Of a stretch of DNA of 64,000 nucleotides, positions 63,316 through 64,000 are shown piece by piece. This DNA comes from Octopus sinensis (lineage: Eukaryota): the NCBI RefSeq assembly GCF_006345805.1, contig NC_043025.1, forward strand, positions 11,346,001 through 11,410,000, read 5' to 3'. The notes beneath the pieces were generated by a model. It searched no databases. It was not told the DNA's origin and saw only the letters and a program-made list of their open reading frames with translations. Each line of letters begins with the position of its first letter. Position 1 is the stretch's first letter. Position numbers and translations under genes: made by a program.

Positions 63316-63542
63316 GCTTAAGTGTACACTATTCACTATTATATATTGAGAATTTGTTGTCTATTGACTTTTTATACATGCTAGACCACTGATAGTGCAC
63401 TTAGGTGCATTATGTCACTGTAGAGTTTTCTCCTCTTCAGCTGCAGGCACTTTGCATTCCATTGGGAGGGGAGGAAACTCATACTTTGAAGTAATGCTTC
63501 TCCCGCATGCTAAAGGTTTTAATTAATGTGTTTTACTTTCAG

Positions 63543-63590
63543 TTTGACACCAGTGCTACAGCTGTGATATTGACTAAAATGAGTAATAAG
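63543..63590 (+). CDS. HFM1: HFM1 exon (FDTSATAVILTKMSNK); gene continues beyond the window
   Basis: TTTCAG| and AAG|GTAAGC; follows GRPQ as in HFM1 (FDTTATAVI). Confidence 0.92.
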
Positions 63591-64000
63591 GTAAGCTACT
63601 TAACAAGTACATCTCTCATTTGTGTCAGCTGAGTGGACTGGCGCAATGTGAAATAAAGTGCCTTGCTGAAGGACACATTGTGCTGCTGGGACTTGAACTC
63701 ATCATCATCATCATCATCATCGTTTAACGTCCGCTTTCCATGCTAGCATGGGTTGGACGGTTCAACTGGGGTCTGGGAAGCCCGAAGGCTGCACCAGGCT
63801 CCAGTCAGATCTGGCAGTGTTTCTACAGCTGGATGCCCTTCCTAACGCCAACCACTCCGAGAGTGTAGTGGGTGATTTTATGTGCCACTGACACAGGTGC
63901 CAGGCGAGGCTGGTGAACGGCCACGCTCGGATGGTGTTTTTTACGTACCACCGGCACGGAGGCCAGTCGATGCGGTACTGGCTACGGCCACGTTCAGATG

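Overview
Repeat-rich animal genomic DNA. The repeat repertoire and microsatellites suggest a cephalopod, probably Octopus; this is recalled pattern recognition, not a database result. There is one 100-N scaffold gap. Two spliced genes are arranged head-to-head. (1) On +, HFM1/MER3 meiotic DEIH-box helicase: 16 coding exons traced by hand from ATG 14895 to 63590 (1917 nt, 639 codons, all splice phases consistent), continuing beyond the window. (2) On -, an uncharacterised predicted single-pass membrane protein: signal-peptide-like N-terminus, coiled coil, TM helix and alpha/beta C-terminal domain, exons 6627-1132, continuing off-window. It carries an apparent 1-nt frameshift in exon 2. Introns are filled with SINEs, RTE/CR1/Tx1-type LINE 3' ends, Tc1/mariner relics, piggyBac-like and hAT/Mutator-like MITEs, Helitrons and long palindromes. 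The most striking unexplained signal is a set of at least five unrelated short elements, mostly within or beside (TA)n tracts, each carrying a minimal type-I hammerhead ribozyme fold, four of them with a palindromic stem III. One is a tandem/inverted array whose core has a compensatory G3-C8 swap (GUGAACA in place of CUGANGA), which consensus searches would miss.
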